A stretch of DNA of 64,000 bases, taken from positions 457,068-521,067 of the forward strand of contig JAKMXF010000122.1 of the NCBI GenBank assembly GCA_024704765.1, read 5' to 3'. The notes beneath the pieces were generated by a model that saw only the letters and a list, made by a program, of their open reading frames with translations, ran no database searches and was not told the DNA's origin. Numbering within the stretch: the stretch's first letter is position 1; the number at the start of each line of letters is the position of its first letter. Positions 24,512 through 36,240 of the stretch are shown here, piece by piece. Source of the stretch: Oopsacas minuta (lineage: Eukaryota; Animalia; Porifera). The translations under genes and the position numbers were made by a program.

Positions 24512-25726
24512 GTGTCATTTTTATGGTTTTGGACCTCTTTCAGAGGCATAAATAAAAAAATGAGACCATTTCTTGATTATTAGTCTAGCCTTAAAGCTGC
24601 ACCATATGACCATGATCTTCTCCAAATCTATTTCTTTGAGCGTGAATATTCGATAGTTAGATAATGTCTTACTATGTATTATATTCAAACTATAGTTGAA
24701 ACAAATTACATTGAAAATGCTTAGGAATCTGGATCAGCCAAATAAAAGCGAAAGTGCTACTGTAAACGTTATCTTGGTAATTCCGGTACGATTACACCAC
24801 CTCTAGACTTTGTATCAGCTATTTGTGAAGTCAGGAGCCTGGTGAACGCCGCATTCCCCCACTTAAGGACAGTATTAATTAAAATTTGTTTTAGCCACAC
24901 ACGAGATCCATATGAGCTTGCATCCGGGCGGTCGACTCAATAAAATTATCTAATTAATTCTGCGAGGATCAGCAGGAAAATTGGTTAATTCATAAAAATA
25001 TGAAATGGACTGAAAACAAATTGAATATTAGAATATACTAGACTAAGAAAGGTCATCCAAATTGTACTATTTGCTAGTTTATACACTCTGTGGTTAAATT
25101 ATATAGGGTTAATGGTGAAATAATGACAATATATTGCAGTGGCCAAATTACATGCGGGCGGCTGGGCTGAGCATGTTGTTAACTAAAAGTATCCTAATCC
25201 GCCACTGATTATACACATCTAACATATGCTGTGATGTATTTAAACTGCATAGGATATTTCAATTGGGATTTCAAAATTGTAATCTATATATTCAAATTTC
25301 CATTGAGCTTTCAACTCAATTAGAAAAAAATTCGTTTGAAAAGTATCATCGTGAGTCACTATGTTCCACTTTTTCCAATTACCACCATTGTACAATTTGG
25401 AACAGTGGAACATGGTGGCAATGATTGATAATTATCAACATAATTGGTAGCTATTAGAGGAACACTTGAGATAGACGAGTGTAGAATTAGCATAAATTGG
25501 CAGTACATAATACGTACCCTTCTGTAGAGAACAATTAGTATGTACAAACCGAAAATTCCTTGGATGTAAATAGTTTAGCTAACGTGACAATATTATGGCA
25601 AAGGAGAGAATTTCAGTGAATACAAATTGTAGGTATGAAAATAATTAGAAAAAAGTGTTATCCAGTGCTCATTGTATTCTCAGGGAACAAGAAAGAAGAT
25701 ATAAATTTACTGAAGAAGAAACTTAC

Positions 25727-28700
25727 AGTATTAATGACTTCAACAAATATTGTATATGTATCTAGCAATTCTCGATCTAATCCAATGTTAAGAAATAATT
25801 CACCACTATCTGTCACACTAAATTCAGGTGCAGCAAAAGGCGAATTTGATGAAAGCCGAAAAGTAGATTGTTGAAAGTCCACAACTGAATCTGCGTCTGT
25901 AAATTCGAGAGTTAGTAAGCGCCTGGAACGTCCATTCTGACTTGAAGGGTCTAAGTCTTCATCATAGTATATTGGATAAAACGAATTGCTAAACAAAGGA
26001 GGAATATCATTTTCATCCAACAACATAATATATATGTTAGTAGTAGAAGAAAGGCTTGGGCTCCCTTCATCATTAACCACAGCAACTGCGGTATAAAGTT
26101 GCTGATTCTCTCTATCTAAGAGGCCATTGACCTCAAGGAGCCCATCAGAATTAATACGAAATGATCGATCAAATTCAGCAGAATTTTCAGAAGCACTTGT
26201 AAAGAATACACGCCCATTCCCTAAGGTAGGGTCATCATCATCCAACGCTTCAAGAAAAAGTACAGAAAACCCAATGGGAGACAATTCAGATATCTCAATA
26301 GTAACGGGGACGTTAATAAAATATGGAATTTGATCATTGATGTCAATTATAGTAATCTGTATTTCAGCACTACCCTGTAATATGGGGTTCGCATTGAGAT
26401 TGGATGCCATGACAACCAGTAATTGAGAGCCAGAAACCTCCCGATCAAAACTTGCAATACTCGTAATTATTCCAGTCACAGCATCAACAGCAAAGTCCGA
26501 TGAATACAAATTAGGGATAAAGAAGGAAATTTCTGAATTGACAGTACCCACAACATCAAAATCAGATGCAGTAACGGTTTCAATTGTTGTACCTGAGGAG
26601 GAATGCTCAAGCAAATTTGCATAATAAATTGATTGTCCAAAGATAGGGGGAAATTCATTTACATCAATTATATCAATTATAAGAGTTTGAATATCAGAGC
26701 GAGGTGGATTAGCACCGTCAGCTGCTTGGATAATAAGTTCATATTGCATAATTTTCTCCGCACTTAAAGAACTATTTACATGTATACTACCAGTGTCAGC
26801 AATAATAAAGAAATCTCCAAAATCGCCACCAAGAATAGAAAGAGTAATTCTAGAATTGGTACCTTCGTCTATATCTGTGACATCAACATCGAAAACTAAT
26901 TCTCCAAATCCTGCATCTTCGCGTATCTGTGAAGAGAATGAAAATACATCTATGATAGGTGAATTATCGTTAACATCTAAAACAGTAATACTAACATTAG
27001 TGAGTGCTGTTAACACGGGATTGCCATTATCTTCTGCGCGAATTACTAATGGATAGAAATCCGAAGTTTCACGATCAAGTACACCATCAACCAAAATATC
27101 TCCAAAGTTTGGGTCAATACTAAACAATGGATCACCTGAGACAAAAACATAGGTTACCTCCCCATTTACACCTTCATCAAGGTCTGTAGCTATAACCATT
27201 CCAATTTTGAAATCAGCAGACCTATCCTCTAATACAGTGAAGCTGTAATTAGGCTGACTAAAAACGGGTACGTGGTCATTGTTATCAGTAATAGTTATGG
27301 TTACCTGTGTACTAGTGCACATCATTGGTGTCCCCATGTCACAAGCAGTCACAACAAGATTATAAGACGATTGAGTCTCTCTGTCTAAATCAGTGTTTAA
27401 TGTAATATTTCCACTATTATCGATTGCAAAGTGGACATCATTTACTCCAGAACTTATACTATAGGTTAAATTAGCATTTGTAGTAGCATCCTGATCTGTA
27501 GCTGCAACTGATATAACAAATGAACCCATCGGAAAAATTTCGGAAATCGATATTTCATAAGGTGGCATGAAAACTGGTGCATGATTGTTAACATCAATAA
27601 TTGAAATCTGAAGAGTAGATTGCGCAAATAAAGGTGGAAGACCTTTATCACTCACCTGAATAGTTAAAGTGAATTCACTTTGAGAATTAAAGTTCAGTGG
27701 AGCGATAATGGTAATTATTCCTGTTTCAGGTTCAATGCGAAACAATTCTCCAATATTTCCATCAGTTATATTAAAAAAGATATCTGCATTCAGCGACGAA
27801 TCAGAATCAGAATCACTTCCTAAAACTTGGTAAATGGTAGTACCACCGAAGGCGTCCTCAAGTACTTCAATGGAAAAGGGCAAATTATCTAATGTAGGGA
27901 TTTCGTCATTAACATCAAGAATAGCAATTGTAACCAAAATTGGAGAACTCTGAAGCGCAGGAATGCCGTTGTCAGTAATAAACAATAAGAGCGTATATTC
28001 ATCATCAATCTCTCTATTCAAAGTATTATTTGCAACAGTTATATCGGCAGTAGAGGAGCCGGGTAGCTGCTTGATCTGGAATGCATTATTATCATTACCT
28101 GACTCAATTCGAAAGGTAAATTCTCCATTTATGCCAGTATCTTTATCGGATCCACATATTTGTCCAATGATAGTATCAATAAGAGAATTTTCATTGACAG
28201 TAAATTGATAGTCAGCGGTTTGACAGAAGGTAGGAGCATTATCATTTGTATCGGAAATTTGTATGTGGAGTGAAGTCAAGCTTGATTTACTATTATCACC
28301 TGATTCATATGCTCTCACAGTCAACTCAAAAATGTTGTTTGAAAGGTCAAATAACGATAATATATTGGTCACAATTCCTGAATCTTCATCTATTGAAAAT
28401 AAGAGATCAAGGTTACCGCCAACAATATCATATTTAATAGTTCCACTTATGTCACTATCTGTTGCAATTAAGGTAATTATAACTGTATCCACGGAAGTAT
28501 TTTCAGGGACAGATACAGTATACAGAGGTAAATCAAAGATAGGTACATTATCGTTTTCATTCAATACAGTAATAATAATAGGAATTGATCCAGATAATGC
28601 AGGAGTACCACAGTCGGTCGCAACGAGGGTAATTTGATACTCACTGAGTCCATTAGGTCCATCAGAATCAACATCTAAGGATTGAATAAGTCGTATTTCT

Positions 28701-29755
28701 CCAGTATTAACATCAACGGAAAAAATGGTGGATAATGGTGAAAAAGAGTATTTAATATTCCCGCCATTTCCTAGATCTGGATCAGTGGCAATTGGAGAAA
28801 GGATTATTGTAGTAATAGGTGTTGTCTCCTGGATTGATGTCCTAAAAGAATTAACCCCTGGGAAAGATGGAGCTACATCATTTACATCATTTATTGTAAT
28901 AACAATGTTTGCAGTAGCAGTTAATCGATCCATTGCTATGAGGGCATTATCACGAACAACTACATCAAAGCTATAAATATCAGTTGATTCGCGATCAAGT
29001 TGTCCAGTAACAGACATTTCCCCAGAAATGCTATCAATGCTAAATGGTAGAATATTACCAGCAATAGGATCCTGAAAGCCAAACAGTAGTACCGCATTCT
29101 CATTAATATCTGTATCTAAAGCAGCAAGTATCACAACAACACTACCAGAATCATTCTCAGCCACAGCTCCAGTGTATAATGATTGTGTAAATAAAGGCAT
29201 GTTGTCATTAGCATCTTCAATCATTATACTAACGGTAGCGGTGCTAGTCATGAATGGTGAACCACTATCAAAAGCTATAATCACCAAATCATAACTATCT
29301 GTTAGCTCTCGATCAAGAGAAGCTGTAGTTTGTACAAGCCCGCTAGCAAGATTTACATCAAAATTACCTTGCGATCCAGAAAATATATGGTAGGATATCT
29401 CCATGTTAGCTCCTGAATCAGGATCAGAAGCAAAAACAGTAGTAACTGATGTACCAACAGAAACAATTTCATTCAATATTCTTGAATAACTCAAAGGAAA
29501 AAAGATTGGAGGATTATCATTGACATCTTCAACCAATATGGAAAGCGTAGCACTTGAAGTTAAAGATGGATTACCCATGTCTATAGCAACAATATGAATT
29601 TCAAAGGATGACTCAATTTCTCGATCTAAAGTCATGGATGCAATAAGGGAAATCACATAAGAAGGAGAAATAGAGAATATTGTATCAATATCCAAACTTA
29701 AAATAACTTCAGAATTCAAACCATCATCAAGATCAGAAAAGACAATAGGAGTATT
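25727..29755 (-). CDS. Cadherin exon 7 in window: 4029-nt exon with 12 DxND-type linkers
   Basis: Acceptor ccctttag|AAT ACT CCT and donor ACT|gtaagt. 1343 codons with repeated LDRE, A.D.D and DxNDN.P.F motifs. The ORF-track tail VSFFF... is intron read-through. Confidence 0.97.
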
Positions 29756-30429
29756 CTAAAGGGAGAAGTTAAGGTAATTTTGAAGTAATTCAAGCAATTT
29801 AAGAGCATCATAAATACAAGATTTCAGTCAATATAGTTCAGAAAGACAAGCAAGAACGGACAAAATAAATGTATCACGATTGGCAAATGATGTTATATTA
29901 GTCTACCAAACTAGAGTCCAAAGAATATTTCAACGATTTCTAATGTCAAACAGTAATAATATTCTTGAAAGTAATTAGTAATAGACATTTGAAATGGTCA
30001 GAATGAAATACATGTTCCTAATTATCCCAAATTCACAAGTGGAACCAATTATCTAGAACAATTTTGAAACATTGTTATAAAAATGTGAAAATAGATCATT
30101 TATATATAGTGTATCGACAAAGAAATGAAATATTTCAGGATGAAAACAATTAACCTTTACAGTACGTCATGTTTTATCATCATATCCTACAATTAAGATT
30201 TTGAAAAATATGTACCCTATGCTGTAATTACCTCATGTCTAATATTTGAAACGAAATCTCCAACATAAAATTGAGCTATGTGCGAAAAGGTATGAAATCA
30301 TGATTAATAATATGTTTATTCATTAATGAATAAACATATTGCTAATATTTCACATTTTCAGATTTCTCCCTAAATAATCATTGAGTGAGAAACTGGAAAT
30401 GTCAAAGATTATATCTAGTATCTACAAAC

Positions 30430-31118
30430 TCATACAGTGGAGACATCCAGAATACTTTTGAACCTAACTTCCCAAGTAATTTTAACCACAATGACGCAAT
30501 CGAAGTTCACCTTCAATATTGGTGAGTATTTTACTAAGAAATACCAATATTATCGAAAAACTCACAAATCCTATGAAATGAATCATGATTGGTATTAACT
30601 TAGCACAAAAACATAATAGAAAGACGGTAGTAAATAAACTAAAAAATGGTTAACAATTAGGACATAATTATTTTGTGTTCGCATACATTTTTTGATGGAA
30701 TTCCTTCGATTTTTCTAGGATTGACTTGTTAATACTGTTTTTACGGCGAATATCACTAAAATGATTATTTTACGACTGTTTATGAAAATGAAGATCATCT
30801 TTTGATTAGTTAAACTAACATTTAACAAGCAGACGCTATCTTGATGAAAAGGATTAGTTTAAGTTTCGAAAATTTCTGAAAAATTGATAGTAATGAAAAA
30901 ATTACCATATATGGGCATGAGTTTTGATGCGTTATTGTAGTTAAAATAAGTTGTAAAGTAGGTTCAAAAGTATTCCAGATGTCTCCCCTGGATGTAGAAA
31001 CCTATTCATAGTTGAATTTGTGATGATAACTGCAATCCTTCATGATCAAACAAAATATAATCATTGGCCCGGAAATTTTGGCAATTCTTTGCTTAGCTAG
31101 CTGTGTATATAGTAAGCC
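30430..31118. mobile_element. G-family MITE, left end truncated
   Basis: Right terminus gcttagctagctgtgtatatagtaagcc|at. Core shared with 53514-54348. Confidence 0.8.
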
Positions 31119-31151
31119 ATGGTATACATAATGAATTAACAAAGTACTCAC

Positions 31152-31385
31152 CAAAACTACAGGAGTGCCTGCCGTCGCGTCCTCAGAAATTGTACCAAAG
31201 TATTCACTGGGAGAAAAGACAGGACTATTATCATTAACATCAAGAATATCTATACGTATAGTAGAGGTGCCTTGTCTAGTAGGTGTTCCATGATCCCGAG
31301 CTGCTAAAATAAGTTCATAATTTGATAGTAGTTCGCGGTCGATGTCAGTCTTCGCGACTTGTACCTGAGCTTCTCCAGAATTTAT
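31152..31385 (-). CDS. Cadherin exon 6 in window (234 nt)
   Basis: tag|ATA AAT TCT...GTT TTG|gtgagt. Encodes INSGEAQVQVAKTDIDRELLSNYEL...ILDVNDNSPVF...GTPVVL. Phase 0/0. Confidence 0.93.
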
Positions 31386-33194
31386 CTAGAATGAGACTAA
31401 AATAAATAGTCAGAAGGATTATAGTTAACAGCGGGCAGTGGTGTCCTGCTGTGGGAGCGGGTCGGCGCCGCTCCCATACTTTTATTAACAAATCAAATTG
31501 GCAAGTAACAATTTCTTCACAAGTTACTGAATTTGTGTACCTGATATCTACAGTAGCATACAATCAATATTTGAAATAAATTGAAATTTGTTCCAAATAT
31601 AATTATGTCGAGTTGAGAGAGCAAATGTTTACTTTATAGCGCCGTGAATATATTGTACTTGTTTTGAAGAACAATGGGAAGTTTTACCTCAACTACGTAT
31701 TATTTTATCCGAATCTAGCGTTAATCGTAAACAAAATATCTATTTCAAATGATTCTTTTAATTAAGTAATAATTATATTACAAGCAACGTGTTTTGGAAT
31801 GTAGGATATATAAAATAATTAATTATATCATTCGTACCTATATCAAAAGTTTACATTTTTACCCCTACTTCTCTTTCATAGTTTTACTATAGATCTACCT
31901 CTTACGAGGTTTGATTTGTTATATGGCAGAATTCAACGAGGAACTAGTAGCTACAGCTACTGAACCTTAGGCATCACTACTTAAGAGATATAAACAAAGT
32001 ATCAATTCTTACTTCCTACCAACTCCACAAAATCCAAATAATTCTTATGAAGATGTGAACCTATTATCGGACGACTATCTCGAAGGCGCAAATTCGGACT
32101 CTCAAAATCCAACTTATTTGTACTTCTGAAGAGTATTGTGACATTGATGTAATTTCCGAGTGCACCATCAACCTTAATTAGCCTGAGATTTGGCCTTCTG
32201 ACAATTGGACGCCCAAGAAACAGTTGCATCCATGGCTATACTATAAAAATGGAAAATTAGGTTGACCAATCTGTAAACACGTGTCTTCTCTATCCATACA
32301 CAAGAGGCAGGGAGTACATATTTCAAATGAATGGGCCGAGGGTACTGTAATTATAATTGACTCGTTAGGGATTCTAAACTTAAATCATTGCGAAAAAAAT
32401 AATCATTCACAAGGATTCCAAAGCCCACATTTCAGCCCAAGAAATTAGTGTAGCCGCAGAGTTATCTTGTATGGAAAAACACATGGATATATCAAACAAG
32501 ATAGAACTGGATTCTACTCAAAGAATTTTTCGAACTGCATACTACATTGCCAAGAATAATAGACCCTATACTGATCATTCAGATTTAGTTGAACTTCAGC
32601 AAATAAACGGGACTGATCTCGGACTAAGCCTTCATTCTCGACAATCTGCCATAAAAATAATTGATCATGTTGCTGTTGAAATGCGAAATAAATTGTGTTT
32701 ACCCATGTACAAGAAATTCAAGGAAAAATTTCGATTCTTATTGACGAATCTACAACACGATCCAATAAGTCTGCGCTAATAGTATATTTAAAATGCAAAA
32801 ACTTCAAAGAATTTGGAGCCTCAATTCATTTTTTTAGATCTTGTTGAGCTCCAAAAGCAGGATGCCGCGACAATTTTTGATGCACTAATGAAATGTATGG
32901 GGAAATTTGGATTTAATGAATGTTATCTCAACCAGAATATGATTGGCTTTGCTTGCGATGGCGCAAGCGTGATGCTTGAAAATATAGCGATGTAGGAACA
33001 CGGATCGCTAAACAATTTCCTAACACTATTCTCTGGCATTGTTGAAATCATCGTTTTGAACTGTCAGTGTCTGACACAATCAAAAAATTAAATTCGATAA
33101 AGGATTTCAAGATATTTTCGACAAATTGTACTCCCTGTATTCACGTTCCCCTAAGAATCAACAAAGGGAACTTATTGAATGTTCTTTGGCTGTA

Positions 33195-34504
33195 CAGGGT
33201 GGCCAATAAGTTCTGACCCAAAATTAAAAACTTACCATAATGTAAGATATGTAAGTATTCACTATTTCTAATGAATTATATCTTGAGTAGACCATTTAAA
33301 TACCATCATCTAACACCTTGATTGCATATTAGCCCACACAAGATTTTTTTCACAATGAATCAGGAAAGAGCAGCAATAATTGAATTATTTTCTAATGGAA
33401 AATGTCCAGGAGAAATTTTGAAACTGCTCCATATCCCTAAATCGAGAAGGAAAATCGTTTATCGCACTATTCAACGTTACAATAAGACTGGGGGCATAAA
33501 AGACATGCCAAGAAGCGGTCGACCAAAGTCGGTAACAACTCCGAGGCTGAAAAAAGTTGTGATCGATAGAATACGGCGAAATCCTCGACGATCTCTCCGG
33601 AAAATGGCCTCTGAGCTCAAAGTTTCGCATGGATCGATGCAAAACCTTGTGAAAAACGACTTGCACCTCAAATCGTTTAAAAGAAGAACAGTTCACTTCC
33701 TTTCTGAGAAAATTGTGAAAAAGAGACTTGCCAGAAGCAAGGGCATGCTGACTCGGCTCGCAACTCAACCCCTGCAGAATATCATATTTTCTGACGAGAA
33801 ATTATTCACCATAGAAGAAGTGACTAATAAGCAGAATGATCGAATATTAGCCCACACGCCTTTGAGCATCACAGAAAAGCATCTGTATGTCAAACGGACA
33901 CAAAAACCTCAGTCGGTAATGGTTTGGGCCGGAATCTCAGCAAAAGGCCGTACTCCATTGGTTTTTGTCCCAGTAGGGATAAAAATAAATTCGTCAACAC
34001 ATCAAAAGTTGATCCTGCAGCCTGTGGTGAAAGATTTAAGCAAAACGATGTTTAACAAAGAGCCATTTCTATTCCAGCAAGACGGCGCACCGGCTCACAC
34101 ATCAAACATCTCCCAAAATTGGTTACGAGAAAACATTCCAGGTTTCATTACCAAGGAGGAATGGCCTCCATCAAGCCCAGATTTGAATCCAATGGACTTC
34201 TCAATCTGGTCCATATTGGAGAAAAATGCCTGTGCAAAGTCACATTCAAGTGTGGAAGCTCTGAAGAAGTCTTTGCACCGTGAGTGGGAAAAAATTCCAC
34301 AGGATAACCTACGAGCCGCCGTTGAGGCGTTCCTCCAACGTTTGAAGAGGGTAGTCGAAAAGAAAGGCGGTTACATTGAGTAGCTACTATCGAATGTATT
34401 GATATAGTTATCTAATAGAACTGGAATAAATCTTAGTGAATATAGTTTGATATTTTTTGAATTATGAATTTTTATCAATGGGTCAGAACTTATTGGCCAC
34501 CCTG
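33195..34504 (+). mobile_element. Intact maT (DD37D) transposon, 1310 bp
   Basis: Identical 26-bp TIRs cagggtggccaataagttctgaccca, TA on both sides, uninterrupted ORF. Confidence 0.97.
33355..34383 (+). CDS. maT/DD37D transposase, 342 aa, apparently complete
   Basis: ATG at 33355. HTH region with RSGRP, then IFSDEKLF and QQDGAPAH...PDLNPMD (37 residues between the Ds), ending KGGYIE*. Confidence 0.95.
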   Translation: MNQERAAIIELFSNGKCPGEILKLLHIPKSRRKIVYRTIQRYNKTGGIKDMPRSGRPKSVTTPRLKKVVIDRIRRNPRRSLRKMASELKVSHGSMQNLVKNDLHLKSFKRRTVHFLSEKIVKKRLARSKGMLTRLATQPLQNIIFSDEKLFTIEEVTNKQNDRILAHTPLSITEKHLYVKRTQKPQSVMVWAGISAKGRTPLVFVPVGIKINSSTHQKLILQPVVKDLSKTMFNKEPFLFQQDGAPAHTSNISQNWLRENIPGFITKEEWPPSSPDLNPMDFSIWSILEKNACAKSHSSVEALKKSLHREWEKIPQDNLRAAVEAFLQRLKRVVEKKGGYIE

Positions 34505-34910
34505 TAAAGTTATTCAGGAAAAATGTACTGTTTTACAATATTCAAAACATGCGTTCAGCTTTCACCATTAGGTCTCATATTTAGTAGGATAGGTTCTATT
34601 GAAAAATGCATAAATAGCACAAGCAAATAATATTTAAAACTACATAGGAATTGAATATTGAACCAATCGTCAATTTGGAAATGAAAAATGGCTAACTTTG
34701 GATAAGTGAAAGATAAAAAAAAAGAACCAAAATAAAAGAATCAAAATGTTCAGAAGATTACGAACGCAATGATTTTGAATAGTGAAGTGGCGAAGAAAAT
34801 TGTGTTGATGACTTTCATCCAATTTCCACATACCGTGCCACAACTAGTTATCGTAAGTTAAATCGCATGTTTGTAGGTAACAGAAAATGATTAAAAACAA
34901 CACAACTTAC

Positions 34911-35117
34911 ATTATTGATCTTAAATTGAGAATTCGGATCGCCACCAATTATCAGGATTGATATCCTGCCATTATCACCATCATCCAGATCACTCGCACT
35001 AATATTTGTCACAAATGTGCCAACCAAAGAATTTTCAGGGATACTTAGAGTAATCAAAGCAACATCAAATACTGGATTATGATCATTAATGTCTGTAATC
35101 GTAATTGTCACGCTTGC
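34911..35117 (-). CDS. Cadherin exon 5 in window (207 nt)
   Basis: tttttag|GCA AGC GTG...AAT AAT|gtaagt. Encodes ASVTITITDINDHNPVF...GGDPNSQFKINN. Confidence 0.94.
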
Positions 35118-35719
35118 CTAAAAAGAAAGGAGAAATGTAGATTCCAATTGATTGAGAGTGTCTTCGCCAAAAATATTTAGTAAATATGAGTGAAATAAGA
35201 CAGGTTTGGAAAATGCACAATTGCACATGTAGGAGCAAAAAATGTTATAGGAGGAGGGTAGCATTTAGAGTATTGGTTCCGAACATTGTAAATAACAAAT
35301 ATCATATAATTAAAGAAGTGGCGCAAACAGGGGCAATGAGGGCAATGTATCACCCCAGGAAAATTCTTACATATAAAATCATTCCAATACATGGAATATG
35401 AGCTCAAATTGCAAAAAAATTTTCGGCTAGCTTCGCAAGCATCTTGACCTCAATCATGTTATATTACCCCAATCTCTGGTATTTACCTTGAGTAAATCTA
35501 CGAATGGAAGTTGTGTGATCTGAAATTATGGATTTGTAGATGTATTGTGAGCAAGACTATACATAATTAGAAAATGAAACTTTTGTTCAGGTAGAAACGA
35601 AACTTATACGCAACTAATTTGTAGAAATAGTAACTTGTTCAAATGTTACAACCATAGCCTACTAAAGATAAGGTCTATTCACTAAGTTAAATTGTCTCCC
35701 AATTAAGCGGAGTTGACTG

Positions 35720-35731
35720 TATATATATATG

Positions 35732-35767
<36 letters not shown>

Positions 35768-35769
35768 TA
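35720..35769. repeat. (TA)n microsatellite with interruptions
   Basis: About 50 bp of TA repeats directly after a pogo-like end (agttgactg). Confidence 0.9.
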
Positions 35770-35778
35770 CATATGCAT

Positions 35779-36240
35779 AGACTACCATACACACGGCTAG
35801 TAAAGGGAAGAATTGCCAAAATAATATCTTAGAAAATCGAAGAAATTCCATCAAAAAATGTATGCGAACACAAAATAAGCTATAATTGCTAACGTTTTTT
35901 ATAAGTATATTTAATCCAGTATCTCTATTGTGTTTTTTGTGCCTAAGTTAATACGAATCATGATTCATTTAATGGAATTTGTGGGCTATTCGAAAATATT
36001 TGTATTTATTAGTAAAATAACTACCATCATTAAAGGTGAACTTTAATTGCGTCATTGTGGTTAAAATAACTTGGAAGGCAGGTTCAATAGTATCCTAGAT
36101 GTCTTCACCGTATATGGAAACTTATAGACAGTTGAATTTGTAATGATAACCACAATTCTTAATGATCAAAGAGAATAGAATCAATGCCTGGAAATTATTT
36201 TGGCAATTCCTTGCTTAGCTAGCCGTGTATATAGTAGGTC
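35779..36240. mobile_element. G-family MITE, internally deleted
   Basis: at|agactaccatacacacggctag ... ctagccgtgtatatagtaggtc|at. Confidence 0.78.

Larger units (their letters stand above)
31436..34560 (+). mobile_element. Degenerate hAT (KIAA1586/ZNF862-like transposase) interrupted by an intact maT
   Basis: GC-rich left end cagtggtgtcc...gggagcgg/ccgctccc. Readings PWLYYKNGKLG, FRTAYYIAK, IDEST and GFACDGASVML. Right end lost. Confidence 0.75.

Noticed and set aside
25658-25726. Hydrophobic tail VSFFFSKFISSFLF of the 1353-aa ORF as a TM or GPI signal
   Set aside because: It starts exactly at a consensus GTAAGT donor, and exon 8 continues the repeat in phase, so it is intron read-through.
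25595-25765. Antisense two-exon mini-gene (MAKERISVNTNCR-EQERRYKFTEEETYSINDFNKYCICI*, 51-nt GT-AG intron)
   Set aside because: Only 39 aa with no recognisable motif. Its second half mirrors the cadherin donor region, and such sites arise often by chance in AT-rich DNA.
25635-28976. Many short + strand ORFs opposite the giant exon
   Set aside because: They are antisense shadows of the cadherin frame with no independent motifs.
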